Shown: piece by piece, positions 1-14,439 of the stretch
Layout: every line of letters begins with the position of its first letter
Position numbering within the stretch: the stretch's first letter is position 1
Assembly (NCBI GenBank): GCA_036172245.1
Contig: JAYWIR010000019.1
Coordinates: 3,472,001-3,536,000 of the forward strand
DNA from: Raillietiella orientalis
Taxonomy: Eukaryota
Length of the DNA stretch: 64,000 nucleotides
Direction of reading: 5' to 3'
The notes under the pieces: generated by a model
Told to the model about the DNA's origin: nothing
The model's database searches: none
Seen by the model: only the letters and a program-made list of their open reading frames with translations
Program-made: the position numbers and the translations under genes

Positions 1-1848
1 CTCGCTTTTAGCTTATCTTCTCTTCTAGGGGAAACTTTGTCGTGATGAGTCGTTTTCTTATCTGCCTCAAAAATTCCGCTCTCTCAAGACATGGCGACAG
101 GACGCTCTGGTCGCTAAAGACCAGCGTCTGTACATCGATCTGAAAGTCTTCCGTTTGTTTCCAGATAATCGGATCGTTCCCTGTCTCCGCCTCCGGAACG
201 GATCCTCTCTGGACCTTCAACAGAGTATGTTCTTTTGTATGAACAGTTTCCGTTGCGATAGCAAAAATCCCCTCCCCGAATCGTGCAGATAGGAGGAGGA
301 GGTGTGCTCACCTCATTTCCTATCTCTGCATCAGGAATCCAGATTCTGTTCTCATTTCTCAAACAGCGCTGCCTTCCCAGCGATGCAGGAGGAGCAAAAA
401 CCATCATCAGATCTGCTCTTGAGATCGAGTAAACAGCACGAGTCATCTCCTGTCCGGAAAAGCCTCTTTCCTGATCCCAGCGCGACGGGTATGCGTCGAA
501 GCTGTGCTCAGTCCGTGCTCTTTTTGCCGTTTCGCTTCCCGTTCTTCCGACAAGGACGAGAAGGGCTACCCTCAACTCCTCGCTTCCCGAAAATCCCTCT
601 TTCATTTCAGTGCATGCGACGGGACTCTCGGAGCTTAGAACGGAAAACCTTTGAGAAAATCAGAGCTTCCTTGTAACTCCTATCCTCCTTATGGATTGTC
701 ATTACCCTGCCTTCTCGGTCGAATCATCTTCCTAACTCGCTCGCTCTTCCCATGGGAGATCAATTCTGAAGAATCGTCTTGTATGAATCCAGGACTGGTT
801 TGTCGTGCCCTTCTCTTTGGCTTTCACGTGGCCCACCCTTTTGATGCAGGTGACCCCTTCGCACCCTCGTCTCGTTGAGTTTCCGTTGTTTCCTATAGGA
901 ATTTCCTCTTCGTTCTTTTTTCGGGATCTCTCACTACCAATTGCTTCCGGATCAGAACAGAAGAACAATGCCGAGCATCCACAGTGGCCACTTTGGAGTT
1001 TTCCAGACACTGACTCTCTGTCGGCAGCTGGTGGCGTTCGCAGATGCTTTGCTGCGGATCTCATCTGCCTTTGCATCTTCTTTAGGTGTATCTTCGGCAG
1101 CCCAGGGTCCCCCGAGGAGGAACACAGAGTCGTGAGTGAGCATCGAAGGCACGGAAAGCAGTAAACTGGTGGTGGTGGTGGGGAATAAGAGATAACCTTA
1201 AAAAGAGTACGCCGGACCGGTGGAAAAGGAATTCGATTTCCCATAGGAAGCGGAAGGAAGATTTCTACTACCTCGAAAATTTTTTCCTATGGTCTGCACG
1301 AAATTCTTCTCGGGAAGCAGCAGGTCGCCGAATAAACGTGAACTCGCCATTAGGCAGGACAGACATGCTTTAGCAATCCGTTGGATTCGTCTGAACACAG
1401 CCGTTCTTTCTTAGCTCTCTAATCGGGAGCTTCGTATGCTCCGCGGTTTCCGACTGGAGGTCCAATGTGGATGAACCACACAAGTTCCTCAAAGTGCTTA
1501 TCAAAGCATGTGACCCTGTGATGAGCGACTTCGAACTTTCCTTAACACTCGATCTTTGCAGAGTGTTGGACATCGAATGCACTCGCATCACTCTTGCTTC
1601 CGGAACTTTCCACTGTCATCACGTTTCAGTGGTCGCCGACTATCCCTCATTTCCTTTCTCTTAGGGACGGAAGATTGATGTAGTTTCATTGGTCCGGTAC
1701 CTCTTCAGTCTTGTCGCCTTGAAAGGAAGATCCAATCATCTCCTGGTGATATCGCCAACGAAGGAACGTCTCATCCAGAGTGTTCAGTGAGGGAAGACTG
1801 TTTGTTCCTGGATACCGAGGGAGCTCGAGCCACAGAAGCAGATAAGCA

Positions 1849-2050
1849 TAGATGGTGATGGAAAGCTCTCCCTTGTCGAGGACCAAGCCAGAAGGATCTC
1901 TGGTAGAGATCCCACCTTGAAAATTAATCGTAAAAAGTGAATGTAGGAACGAAAGACCAATGAAACCATTTCGTCACCGAGGGTGCCCTCCGAAGTTTCC
2001 CTCAGGATGGCTAACATCGGTCCAAGAGAAAGGAAAATGGAGTCTCATTT
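1849..2050 (+). pseudogene. Heavily decayed 28S rRNA fragment
   Basis: Retains LSU motifs 'aggaccaagccagaagg..tctctgg', 'taggaacgaaagaccaat' and 'ccctccgaagtttccctcaggatggct'. The following 'gaaaatggagtctcat' matches the 28S copy near 47470. Confidence 0.65.
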
Positions 2051-4699
2051 GAACAGAATAATTGAAATGACATGAATGGGAACTGGGTGTCCTTACCCTA
2101 TTCTCAACATTTCAGTGGGTGAAAACTTTTCCGGCTTGCCAGTACATCGCTGGATCCATGAGCGCATAGTGAATTCTCTTTGGTAAACGGGACTCGCTCT
2201 ATGGGACGAACAGAACATTGGCTTACAAAGCACCTGATGAGCTGCCCATCGGACCCCATAGAAAGCGTTGGTTGACATAGACAGCAGGACGGTAGCCACA
2301 CAAGTCGTGATTGCTGGCAGAGACTCGACCATAAGGACAAAGTCCTTCCTTTTCTCCGGCGTTCGTTGTCGGAGGGACAGCAGATTCCGTCAGGAGGTTC
2401 GAGAGAGCAAGAAGGTCGCGGCGACGAAAAAAGGTTTCGACGCGAGCTCGCCTGAAGATGCCGTCGGCTCACATCATGGTGGTCAGATCCTGGAGATCCG
2501 ATGTGGAGGAGGGCTCTATGCTACCAGCCACTGGACACGGTTCACTCGATTAGAAGTCTGTGCATTCCTGCACATGATGGATTCCCCACTGATGTTCCGT
2601 GTCCGATGGAAATAGTAGCACACCCTAGCGCCGACTTGCACATTCGCTGGAACTGCATTTCGACCTAGATAAAAATTCTCCTGTGACGGAAATTTCCCCA
2701 AAACATTACCAGAATCGCGGGATTTCACCATGGAAGATCACGGAAGAGAAAAGCACTGTTCTCGACTTAAGTGGCACTTTAATTTTTAAAAGGAAACACC
2801 AAACCTCTCTTTTGATTCCTTTGTTTTGAACCTTTAAAGCCTCAATATATTCTTGTCTTCTCAATGGAAAGGTTATGAGGAAGAGCCAGCCGATGGTGCA
2901 GCTGTCAGATGACGAGTAGACCGCTTTGCTCAGGTTGAGGCGTGATGGATGAGAAGATGCAAAGAGAGGGTGGTTTCTTCATCGACTCAAAAGATGCAAA
3001 AGATTCTGACTTTGCTTTTCAATTCGCACCCTTTCAATCAGGATGTATTTCCCTAGAATGATGAGATTCATGGCAGATGGGAGTCAATTTGAGGAACATC
3101 ACCTGAATTTCCTGTTCCGATCTTCAGCATAGGAAGAAAAAGGGATAGAAAATGCATCAGAATACGTTACGGAATGTCTTTTGAAAACCGAAAATAACGA
3201 AAGTTCGGAATGGATCGCCAGCAGGGATGTTCGATTAAAGTTGCACTCTGGCAGCTCCGCCCATCTCTCTTTCTCTTATCCGAATCCCCAGCACATTTTG
3301 GATTCTGGCGCTTCGGCGCATTCCCTACCATTTCCGATATGTGGCTGCATCATCTACATCAGCAAGAACCTGTCTGCAGCTTACTAAGCAAAGGAGATTA
3401 CGAATGAAAAGGCTCATGTCGGTCCCCACGAATGTCCATCGCTCAAGAATCGAAACGCCGATGAGTCCGGTGTCAGTGCTCTCAGCTCAGGTAGCTGAAG
3501 AAGGTATTTTTGCGCTTATCGACGGATTCGGCTGCGATGCTTCCTAACCTCCAGGAGGAAGCTTTTCCGTGCTGTTTCCCGTCATCTCCGCATCACTCGG
3601 AATGCGGCTTGTTGATGGTGATGACAGTGTAGATTGGTCTTCCAAACACGTCCGCCAGCTAGCTGAAGAGAACAGCCACGAGGAAGATGAATAAAGAAGG
3701 ATGAGAACACGGAAGGAGTCGGGAAAACGCATAAAGTTTCCCTTTTCGCACCTCTTTCAATTCCCCTAGGTCGAATGGTTTCACAACTCCGTAGGTTCCA
3801 GCTTCGGCGCTGGAAGGGCTCTCATCCGTGGAAAGATGAATTCGAGGCCATATATAGTACTCTCCTGAAATATATGTTTTGCTGTTCCATTAGGACGTAA
3901 AACGAGCTGTCAGGGGGAAGTTTTCTCGACTTCTCTTTTTTCTCATTTCTCAGCGAATGCTGAGCCCATTAGAGATAGAAAAGCTGTTTGTGAAACGGTA
4001 CAGGGTCAGGACGTATCTTAGTCAAATTGACAGTTCTTCAATTAAAAATGCACTCTGTACAGCTTTTATCCTTTAGCAAACGAGGAAAAGACCCATGCCC
4101 ATATCAGAAGGTCCTCATACCAGAGGAAATAACAGATGCATGAGATCCAGTTATTGCATTCACGTTCTCCAGTTCCCCCTTGTGCGGAAGGTTGCGGCCA
4201 ATCGATTGAAAGACGTTGACGGTTATTCCAAGGAAACTCGGGCATAATGATGGGACGCGCACCAGGAAAATTGCTGAACAAGAAATGGCAACCTAAAAGC
4301 CATCGTCGTGGATGTCCTTGGAGGAAAACGTGGAATCTCCATTCGTGAGATTTTGGGGAAAAAATGCACGTGAAAATTTAAGCAGAAATGAAATTAAAGC
4401 ACCTGAAGAATTCAAGGAAAGTGCAACGACCAGACATTGAGGAGATGTCCGGTAGTATACTTGGCGAAAGACGAGTCAGAAACCAGGAAGGAAGCCATTC
4501 CAGGCAGTTAACTCAGTCTCAGAATGAAAGGAAAAGACTTTGTGCCACAAATCGACTGCGCACAGCCACCGATTGCAAAGAAAGAGGAATCGAAGAGAAT
4601 GCATCCGGACCCTGTGCCAAGTGAATTCCTCAGCGGAAGACGGACGTCGGTCGCGATGAGATGCTGGGTGTGCCGACTAGGACCGGGCATGCTGTGCTG

Positions 4700-5170
4700 C
4701 TCTGTTTAGAAGCCTTTTTTCTTCTAAAGAAACAGAAATGGTCGGATATGCTCGGTTTCAGTGATGACTTGATGGTCTGCGATTCCTCAAATCACAGTTC
4801 GTGCTGCTCATTTAGGTAAAGCAACATTTAGGTGACTTGGAAACGTTCGCGAAGAGATTGCAACAAAAAATTTGTTGCTTCTGTGATCGATGTGAGCACA
4901 CCATACCCCTCAAGTAATGTTTCAGGTCTCTTCACTCCTTTGAAGAACTTCTTGGATGCTGCTGAATGCCTTATTTCTTTGAGTTGCTCATCTGTTATCA
5001 CACTTTCACTAATTTTCAGAGTACAAAAACGCGAAGGGATGAAGCCATTCCTTGAAGAGCATGTTATTCCGGAGTTCGAGTAATACGACCATTGTGACCT
5101 CTGGGACCAGGAAGACAGGAATGTGTGGCTCTTTGTTGCGGCCATGGAATGCATTAAAAATCCCAAGGCA
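4700..5170 (-). mobile_element. Very degraded LINE (CR1/L2/Jockey-like) reverse transcriptase remnant
   Basis: ORF 4828..5166 has 'NGFIPSRFC...GYGV', resembling the Q-GF-RSC and KL-YG motifs. No intact catalytic motif. Confidence 0.25.
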
Positions 5171-8100
5171 TTGCTTTCCTTCGTTTCAGAGACTGCATAA
5201 GCAGAGAACCTTCGATGACACCAAACTTTGACGGGGAACTCAATCCGAAGTATCCGGGATTACCTTTTTAAAGATGGGAGCCCCTCTGAAGTTGATAGCC
5301 AAAAAAGTCTATTTTGATGACTTCCGCTTTTTCTCTCGACTGTGCTCGCGAGGAAAAAAATTCTTCCACTCCAATTTTCATGGAGGAAGCGCTTCGTCTT
5401 CCTTACCAGAATCTTCTCATTCTACCAACCCAACATTTTTTCCGTTTTCACAGCTGCTCACTGAAAAAGATGCTCCGGTCGTTTATCATCACAGGATTTA
5501 CATTTTCAATGGTTTCTAATGATTTAGGGGACTCTCCCAGAGGTTTTTGTCTTTCCATTAAGAGATGCTTTTTCCATTGCCTCAGTTCTGCACTCTACAA
5601 TCCTGTTTGACTACAATCCTCTTGACCCGAATTCTTAAATTTACGTTCTCCATGACCTCGGCGTGCTCTTTTTGGTGATGAGTTTCTTTTTTTTGCTTCA
5701 TGGTCAGATAAGGACCAGTTACGGTCTGGTTGTTGAACTGTCCTTCAAGCAAAGAGATGAGCATATGTCTTGCAAGCCCACATCCATTCTATGTGATGGC
5801 TCTGTATGGATGGAGTGCAACGATGGGATACTCATTCTCTTCTTATAGCTCTGCTTAAGTCTTATCTACTTTTTCATGAAGAGCTTTCCGATAATGTGAA
5901 TGGCCGTGCACATGTAAATCTACAGCACACATCCAATTCCACTTTGAGATCGATGACATATGAGGTCCCGGAAAAGATTATCGCAGGGACCTTGAAAGGA
6001 AAAACAAATTGGGAACAAACCTTCAACTTGACTGGACGGACAACTCTTTGCTACACCGTGGCCGATGACTGGATGGAGAACGACTCGTCTTCATTCCTAT
6101 TTCCTAGTATTTGAGGGTAAGAGGTTCCTTACTTCATAGTCACTTCGACACACTGAAGAGGTCTTCCCATACTAGATATGGTTTTAAAAAGATTTCCTGA
6201 CGTCTTTCATTGCAACGGCATTGCCAACCACTGAAGACTCCGTTGAAATCCTCAGGGAGAAAGAGAAAAAACAAAATCTCTTCACGCCCTTGCTTCAAGA
6301 CGAGGGATTTTCCAGTGAAAGAGTGAAATCTGTAAAGAATCCAGCACATGTCGTGGAGCGTGATGTTGCAGACTAAAGGGCTGAATTCAAGTTCTTGCAA
6401 AAGAAAAGGAAAGTGAGTCGGAAAAAAAAAAAAAAAACTGACAACGACTGCTGCTGTGGGACTTTCCCATTTAAAGAAGTAAGAGCAAAACAGCAGCGTG
6501 GAACAAAGTGCTCTTCAGAGTGTCTCATGCCGGGAAGCCCCTTGTTCAGGAAGCTGTCATGAGTAGCCGGCATAATCTCTGACTACAGCAATTTTATTGG
6601 AACAGGAGATAGAAATGAACGATCATGTGGCACATTAAATGGATGAGATCCTTAGTAGGGAATGAACTGATTAGTCAAGGGCTAAAGTGATGGGATAGAG
6701 GTGGTTAAATCCGAGTGTGCTTTGTATCAGAATGAAATCAGATGGATGGAATTGGATACTCGGATGTTGATGAACATCCAAAAGATCGATGCACAGTACA
6801 ATGTAATGGAGCTGCATCGTCTTTGGAGACAGATGCTGTACAGCCGGTGTTCTCAGTCGTTAATTGGCAGAAAATGGGATGGAGTTCGTTTTCGTAGAAA
6901 ACTTGAAGTAAGGAACCAGCTAGTTTGGTGATAGGGCATAATACCGGCGAAAATTATTTTAAAGTTATTAAGACCGAGGAAGTAATTGAGGAGGAGCAAC
7001 TGCATGGGCTGATGTTGACTCTATAAGAAGAAGGACGAGATGTTCATGGCAGGACGAACAAGATGAAGAATGACTCGCAGAGAATGTTTTCTTCTGATTG
7101 AAACACGGACGGACAGCATAAGGTCAAAGTCATTTGCTTGCAGTCGAATTTTGTAAAGCGTTGGCTACTGTCACCGAAAAATCATGCACCATGCTGGAGA
7201 AACTGAAATGGAGCTTGCTGATATTTCCTTTCGAAAAGTCATCCGTTCCAGATGGAACACAAGGAACACATCCGAAAAAAAACCTTTGGCTTTTAATTGC
7301 ATTCGAAACCAAAGGCACACTTCAAATCTCTACAAATTGCACATCTAAAATCCTTTATGGACAACCAACTGCGGATGCAGCAGCTTTACTTTGTCTTGAG
7401 ATCTCAGATAGTCGAGCTAATGTTAACCAAGTAGCTCCTCAAACAGCATGGAGTAGATATCGGAAACCAAAAGCAAAAACCCATTCTGAAATTTTTTCCT
7501 TCCCAAATATTTGAGCGAATAATGGGAAAATCTTTATGCACTGACGGTTCCATCCTGATAAGAAATTGTTCGCTGCCACTTTTCTTCGGGATTGAAAGCT
7601 CTTGAGATCCAATTTTTCTATCCATCGAATTTTTGATTGGTGGTTAAACGCTGGAAAAAGAATCCAACCTTTCTGTGATTGGTAACAAATAATTGAGCCA
7701 CAAAAGCACAAAGCAGTATCTTTTTTTTTCTCCTTCGGCTTTCTCGGCCGCTTGGCTAAGATCAAAGTGGAGTCTCCTCCCATTTTGGGGATTTCTAAAA
7801 GGAGATTTCTAAAAGAGTTTCTTAGTGTTTCTTGTATCGATGCAGTTGTGTGCTCGGGTATGACGGCAGCACACATAGCTGTTGCCATGACTACATGGCT
7901 CTTTCATTTCATTGCTGCTGCCTGCAACAGCCTAGTCTCCTTTCGCGGTTCCTTGTCTTCCGTAGAGGGGTAGAAGGGACTTTTCAAGCAGTCGAAATAG
8001 AAGTCAATCCAACGAGTTTCCTCTTTCCCTGCCAGAGTCCAGAAGTCATGGTAGGGTGATGGCATTTGTTGTCTAGGGCGAGGCAGGTCGTAAATCTTGC

Positions 8101-9564
8101 AGGCAATTTGCGACACGTGAGAGTAGGGATCTGACAGCAAGTCGCCTTGGTTTCTTGTCCGGGGTCCGTTCAAACATCCCGATGTGCGAAGGAGCACTTC
8201 CTCTCTGCGAGTCGAATAACGATTCGCACTGAACTTTGAGGAACTTTGCCGATGACGATGAAGCGTGAAGAAAGCGGGGAGAAGGGATGCAGAGCGTGCA
8301 GGACGAATTTCTCACCCTTTAATTCTTGGGACTGGATGAGGGATCCCTGCCAACAAAACGAACAAGATCAGTTTGATTCAGGAAGTTCAATCCCGAGAAT
8401 GCTTGGAAACAAGTTTCGAAGTACAAGAAGCGCAACGGCAAAAGGTCCTGGAAACTTCCTGCTCCTGCAGGTTATCGGCGGATCGCATCTGGCACATAGC
8501 ATTGGGAGGCAAACTTTTAAAAACAGAATGTCGCTGATAGCCTTAGTGGTTGTTGCGTTGTTGTGAACTCGGAAGATTTTCGCCTTGGGGTGAAAACATG
8601 GGCTGAAAAATCGCTGATTGGAGTAAATTGCAATGCATTTTCATGCATTTTCTTTTTTTTTTCAAAAAAAAAAAAAAATGCGAAAGGAATTTTCCTTTTT
8701 TGGGATGTCAAATGTCATTGAAGAACCAGAACCAGCACGAGATTCGACATTCGTCAGGCAAGCGGGCTGGATGCAAAAATGAGCACCAATTGGGTGCTTT
8801 CTTAAGCGATTTCCAAAATGAAGAGCGACTTTCATGGAGTCACGTTATTGTGTCTGATCTTGAATTTCTTCGATCCTTCTTTTTTTCTCCCTCCCCCGAA
8901 ACAAAACATCAACAGCCGTTGAACGAGGTTTCTGCATCAAGGAAAGGACATGATCGAGAAGAAGTCAAGACTACGGGACAACGAGTTGATCATTAGCGAG
9001 ATCCGCATAGCTTGAATCTGAAGCTTGCGTTCGGGAATGGATCTCCCGTTCCTGGGAAACGCATCCGGCCATTCGTGTGAAGTGTCGCAGTTTGAGAAGC
9101 CAATCCCCGGGATGAACTCCCTCGCGACGTATGATGAGGGTAAATGGGATACTTTAGGAGCTGCTGAGGGGACGGAGGGTCCTTTTGCCTCAGTCAAACC
9201 GGTTACAGAGTGGTCGCTTTCGAATTTCGGAGTCTCCAGAAAAGGGTTGGTGCTGAGTTTCCAAAGGAACTGCTCGTAGCCGTAGGATCGATTAAAGAAG
9301 CAAACGGAGCGACAACTATAGGCTGCAGGACGGAAAGGACATCCAAGAACGCGATGGCAGCAAACTGCGTACGTGGATCATTAATACGAAGCAGAGGGAG
9401 TGTACTAATGGGTTGTAGCGAATTTGCCTCTTGATGAGCGGAAGGGAGGAAAGCAGCTTCGGTAAAAAATGCGACAGGCAAACGAAAAGCGGTGGGAGGG
9501 CATTCCTAGTGACGAAGGGGGGGGGAGGACAGACTGTCCTGGTGATCAGGATGCAAGTTCTTGG

Positions 9565-11069
9565 TTTATCACCTGGTTATTTCAGGACATTTATTATAAA
9601 AAATAAACACACATGTGTAGGGTCAGCGACCTCATATTGTCCGAAAATGCCCGGAACCTGCCGAGTAACCGGCACGCAGGCAGCCGAGGTTCGCTTCCGC
9701 AGCGGAGGGGGAGAGGGCAAACAAAAATAAAAATAAATAAAAACCGATAATAAAAAAAAAAACTCTGAGGGGGCACAGGAAGGGACCATGTCTGCTGGAG
9801 GGTTCCTCTGCATCCTTTCCAGGATTCCGGCAAGTTCCATCTGAGTATATCCCAGATGGGGGCCATCTTGCTGCCATCCGCAGAATGCGCGGGGCGAAGC
9901 AGAAGGACTCTCTGTCGCACCGTCCTCCTCTCTCGTAGCTCCAGGCCGCCACAATCCCCAGCAGAGAGCAGTGGGCAGCAAAGAGTTGCTGGGTATGCTG
10001 CAGGTGAAAGGGCATCGCGCACGAAGAGGCGCTTTATCACGTCCCTGGGATTGTCCGTCGGTGCACCAAGGGCCGTTGCGTAACGCACCCACAGGGGTCG
10101 GCGGGCAACACAGTCCACGAGCAAGTGCAGGAGGGATTCTCGTTCCCCGCAACTGCAGCAGTTGGGGTCCACAGCCCCCCGGTGAGACCGGCGGGAGTTG
10201 CACGGGAGACCCCAGTGCAACAGCAGAAGTGCCAACTCCTGCCACTTCAGGGGGAGGGTCCGGTTGTTATTCGGCACTGGGGACCACTCGAGGTCTTCCT
10301 GTAAAATTCCCAGAAACTCACCCCAGCGCAATAGTCCCTTCGGTGGGGCACTTGGGTCGCAGCGTCCGTGAGCTGGCCCGTGGTCCAACCATCTAATTTC
10401 TTCGTTCTTCCACCGATCTCACATCGGACGTCCCATTTGGCCGGCTGGTTACTGTCCAAGTGCCCCCTGAGGGAGGGCAGTGCCGCGGCTAGGAAGGTTC
10501 TTTGTGTCCACGCACGCGTGGTGGACTGCACGATGACGCCCTGCAGCGAGCGGCTGCTGTAGAAGGAGTGCAGCAGTCGCTGACTCATCTCTGGGCTCGC
10601 TTCGTTGTTCTTGGCCCATATGAGAACGGTTTCCTGCAACCAGGCATTACCGTTCGCGGGCCAGAAGAAGATCCAGTTGTTGGTCTTGGTCAGCTTGACT
10701 ACTCACTGGAGCTACAGTCCTCAGCTAGGCACGTTGCGTCTGCATCGCCGCGCCGGAAACGAAGGCAGTCTCGCGTAGCCGGTGGCTCGCTTGACCAGAT
10801 ATCGTGCGGGCTCGCACCAGTTTGTTCTCCAAAGCTTCGCCACTAGGGCAAGCTTCCTCCAATAAAGCTGTATCTCCAGGCTCTCCAGCTTCAGGGGAAC
10901 GAGGCCACCGTGGCGATGCAGAGCGCACAAGTCCTTCAGTCGGACCCTGGACCTCTCTGTGCCTTACAGGGCGATTCTCAGGAGGTCCTTCGTCCACCTC
11001 TTTATGCTTCTCAGCGGGGGGCAAACAAAAAGAAGGGGGCGGTAGAGGGGAGCCGCGAACGTGCAGAGT
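9565..11069 (-). mobile_element. 5'-truncated L1/Tx1-clade element (ORF2 C-terminus plus 3'UTR)
   Basis: ORF 9594..10388 has 'LPLKWQELALLLLHWGLPCN..PNCCSCGERESLLHLLVDC' (C-terminal zinc finger). T-rich 3'UTR. 11-bp TSD caagttcttgg at 9554-9564 and 11070-11080. Confidence 0.85.
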
Positions 11070-12294
11070 CAAGTTCTTGGGGTGCCTTTCTTTTTGTTCT
11101 GTAGTAACAAGCGACAAAACGCTGTTGTCATTCCGTCGAACGGGACCTTTTGGTAATCGAATTTCGTTCTTGCAGGCAGATGGTTTGTAGCGCAGGGAAT
11201 GGCCCGGTGGCGGGGGAGCCGCACACTCAAATTAGTTCAGCACTCCTCGATTACGTGTGTGTTCCTTGTGTGAAGCGGCGAGAATGGAGCAGAAAGTGGT
11301 TTCACAAGGGAACAGCGGAAAGAAGCTTCCAATACCGGCGAATTGCAAGGGATCTCTTGCTTTGATCTCAGATAAAGGGTCCTTCTTGATCCCACTCTGT
11401 TTCAGAGGCTCCCTATCCAGTTACTGGTCGGTCGCAAATGACTTGAAAAAACAGAAGAAAATAGGCAGATACGCTTTTTTTTCTTCCCCTCCCTCCTGAG
11501 AAAGGATGCTTATTACGGTAGTGAATTGAGATCTTTTTTTGTCCACCGAGAAAAAGGTTCAAATAGAGATTCTTCTTGATCCCAGAGATCAATCAAGTGG
11601 AGAACAACTCCATTAAAAAAAAAAAAGGAAGAAAAAGGTTTTTTTTTTTGGGGGGGGGGGATTCTATTACAAGCAACACTGGTTCATCTTTAGAATGTAC
11701 GGTACTCTCGAAATTCTTTTCCTCTGTCGCCAGATCCAATTGCCGAAATTTTAGTTCGTCTGCAGCCTCTCCGCACAGCCGACCTCTCCTCATAGGCCAG
11801 ACGGAATCCGAATCTCCTCTTAGAACGGCACAGAGATGTCATCTCGCCACATCCCCACAGACTCCGCAAGTAAGCTGACATCGTTATCGTCCTGTTTCCG
11901 CGGTGTGCGGCGGCAGACCTTTGAGGTCTTCCCTTGCTGGACACAGTCTTGAGTGGACCGTCCGCCTCCAGCTGCCAGGCGCTCTCTCCTTAGTCGCGCG
12001 GCAGCGGCTTCACCCAACCGGCGCCCTATCTGTCCTACCCGGAGGTGGCGGCAGCGGTGCGCGTCAGCCCCGAGGTCTCGCGCAGCGGCTATGCTTCCGC
12101 CGTGGAGGAGGAGGGCTGCTGGCTGACAGCGGCGCGCGGGCCCCGCGCGTCTTCCTTTTCCGGGACGAGCGCCACCTCATCAAGGGAAACGTCATCGACA
12201 TGGCTCACGGGCGCGTCCAGACTTCCGAGGAGCTGCCTCGGCAGGCGTCCTTCTGCTTCTGCAGAGTCGCCACGCGAGAACTGCAAAGTGGATG

Positions 12295-12935
12295 GTGAAA
12301 ATCCTTCTGGGTCTTTCCTTTTCTCGCTGCTTTCCCCCCCCAGTTTGTGGTTCGCCAAGTGCTGAAGAATAGTTCATCTCCTTAGGGAGAGGTCACAAGG
12401 CACTGGCCACGCCGCCCGAGGGTTTGTGCAACTCTTAAAGTTGTAGGGGACCACCCCGGAAGGACTACTCTATGAATTCGGGAATGTTCTGGAGAAAAGA
12501 GTCCGTTCCTCTCACCCTTGGGAGGAAACCCCGAAGGGAACCTCTCGCTTATTTTCTCCGAAGGGACCCCTGGAACAGGTTTCTTTTCATTTTTTCTCCG
12601 AAGGATCCCGGAAAGGATCCATTCCTGGAATTTCTTCACCGGAGGGAACCCGCAAGGGAACCTTTCCCTCTTTCCTCCTCCTCCGAAGAGAACTCCGAAG
12701 GGACGCTTCCCAATTTTCTCTGAAAGGTCGCTTTTGAAGGGATCAGTGCGCTTCGCACCCTGGAGATACGAATTCCCGAGGGGTGCACCAACCAGCTCCA
12801 TGGTACGGATCCAGTTTCTTAGCCTCGACGGCAACCGGCGTTCCTTGATTCCTGGAAGGACACCAGAGGGTCAACTTGCAGTGCCGGCCATTCGAGGGGA
12901 GACCCGGTTTCCAGTTTCTATCAATGCTTCATCCG
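12295..12935 (-). mobile_element. Body and 3' part of the tRNA-headed SINE-like repeat (head at 14012-14172)
   Basis: Reverse complement aligns by eye with ~58690-59400. Contains repeated 'ccgaagggaacc'-like subunits. Confidence 0.65.
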
Positions 12936-14011
12936 CCTCTCGAAAGGTAGTGCCTGGCTGCAGAAAGCCATTCGTACGTGGGCAAGAATCCAGGAACCAT
13001 GCGCGGAACAGGTGCGACGTTTCCTGTACGCGTGCAACAGCAACTGCATGTTCCAGGAGATCCTGGAAGCTCCAGCGAAGAGTGCGTGAGCAAGCAGAAC
13101 CTCCCTTGCCGTCTCACTGCCCTTCCTTAAGGAGCACATGGACAACAACCTTGAGGCTAGATGGAAGGTTACTGTGGGAACCTCCGGAAGCAGAAAAGGA
13201 CTGGACGAGTGGACGACGAGTGAACTCACCGACGCTGCGACCCCGAGTGCTCAGCCTCGCAAACTGTTGCGCTGGGGCGTGTTACTGGGTATTCTGGAGG
13301 AAGACCTGCAGTGGCCGCCGATGCTCATGAACATCCGCATTCTCCCCTGAAAGTGGCAGGGGTCGGCATTGATGCTCCCGTGCTGCAACGCCTGCAGGTA
13401 TCATTGGACACGAGGGAAGGGGGTAGACCCAAACTGTGCAAGGTACCTCCTAGTGGACTGTTTTCTCCTCCAGACCTTTTGGGGACGCTCTGCTCAGACC
13501 CTTGGATGTCTTGGCAACGGCAGAGACAATTGAAATCGTTTCTTCCTGCACGACGCCCTCACGACGGCCGCATCCCTAGCAGCACTTTGCTGCATACGCG
13601 GGATAGTGGCTGCATGGAGCAGCAACGCGAGTCCAGGACCACAGGAACGCCATTTATTCTGCTGTCCTCTTTATGAGAATAGCGTCAAGATGGTCCCGTC
13701 TGGGAGTTTTGAAAAAGGAACTTGACGTTATCCTTACAAGGATGCGGAGGACGCCCTTCAGCACACAATGATCCCTTCCCTAACCCCCTCTCCCATTTTT
13801 TTGAGTATATGTTTTTTGTTTTTTGTTTTATTTTTTTTCCTTTTTTGTCCCCCTTCCCCAGTGCTGCCGAGGCGAACCCCGCTGGCCCGTATGACAGTTC
13901 CCGGCAGGTTCCTTCTCGTAGCTATAAGTAACGTCGTGGGATCGGACGTCTTGCCATAGACATGTATGTTTATTTTTTATAAATAAACGCTCCGGCGTGA
14001 CCGGATGTCAA
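12936..14011 (+). mobile_element. 5'-truncated Tx1-like element inserted in the SINE-like repeat
   Basis: 'EWTTSELTDAATPS..LLRWGVLLGILEEDLQWPP' matches the other copies. Ends in the family terminus 'aaataaacgctccggcgtgaccggatgtcaa'. Confidence 0.85.
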
Positions 14012-14172
14012 CCATTGCCTCACTTGAAGCCCATAGGCCAACCGGCGCCATCTGCGAGGGGATCGGAACCCTCGACGGATCCCCCATCCAAGGCGTCGAT
14101 CCTTCCTCGGGTGGGAATTCGAACCTGCGACGCTTGATACCACGCGCAGAGTCCAGGCCTCCAGCGTGGACC
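14012..14172 (-). mobile_element. tRNA-derived head of the SINE-like repeat
   Basis: Minus strand carries a B-box-like 'caggttcgaattccc'. Homologous to 26887-26968, 56551-56700 and 58528-58700. Confidence 0.7.
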
Positions 14173-14439
14173 TCAGGTAATTTAAGACATGATGATCCTC
14201 TTCTTTGGAAGAACAGAGATTGAAACAACTGATCTCGGAAGTGAAAAATAGAAAATTAGAATGCAGTCTGCATATATCTTGAAAGTCCAGTCTCAAGTCA
14301 CGTGAGATTCATATTATGCTATTTCGTTTCTTTCCCATGAAATTCCTGCACCGACTCGGGACAGTTTGCTGAATTCAATGCAGGTGTTGATCTGCCCTGG
14401 GGGCAGCGAGCGTAGTAGGCGGAAATTATACAGCCAATT

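Noticed and set aside
11880..12290. GC-rich candidate exon
   Set aside because: A possible minus-strand splice acceptor exists, but there is no recognisable protein or partner exon.
14012..14172. True tRNA gene (also at 26887, 56551 and 58528)
   Set aside because: Only B-box-like motifs and no convincing cloverleaf. The copies are divergent and extend into a common repeat body.
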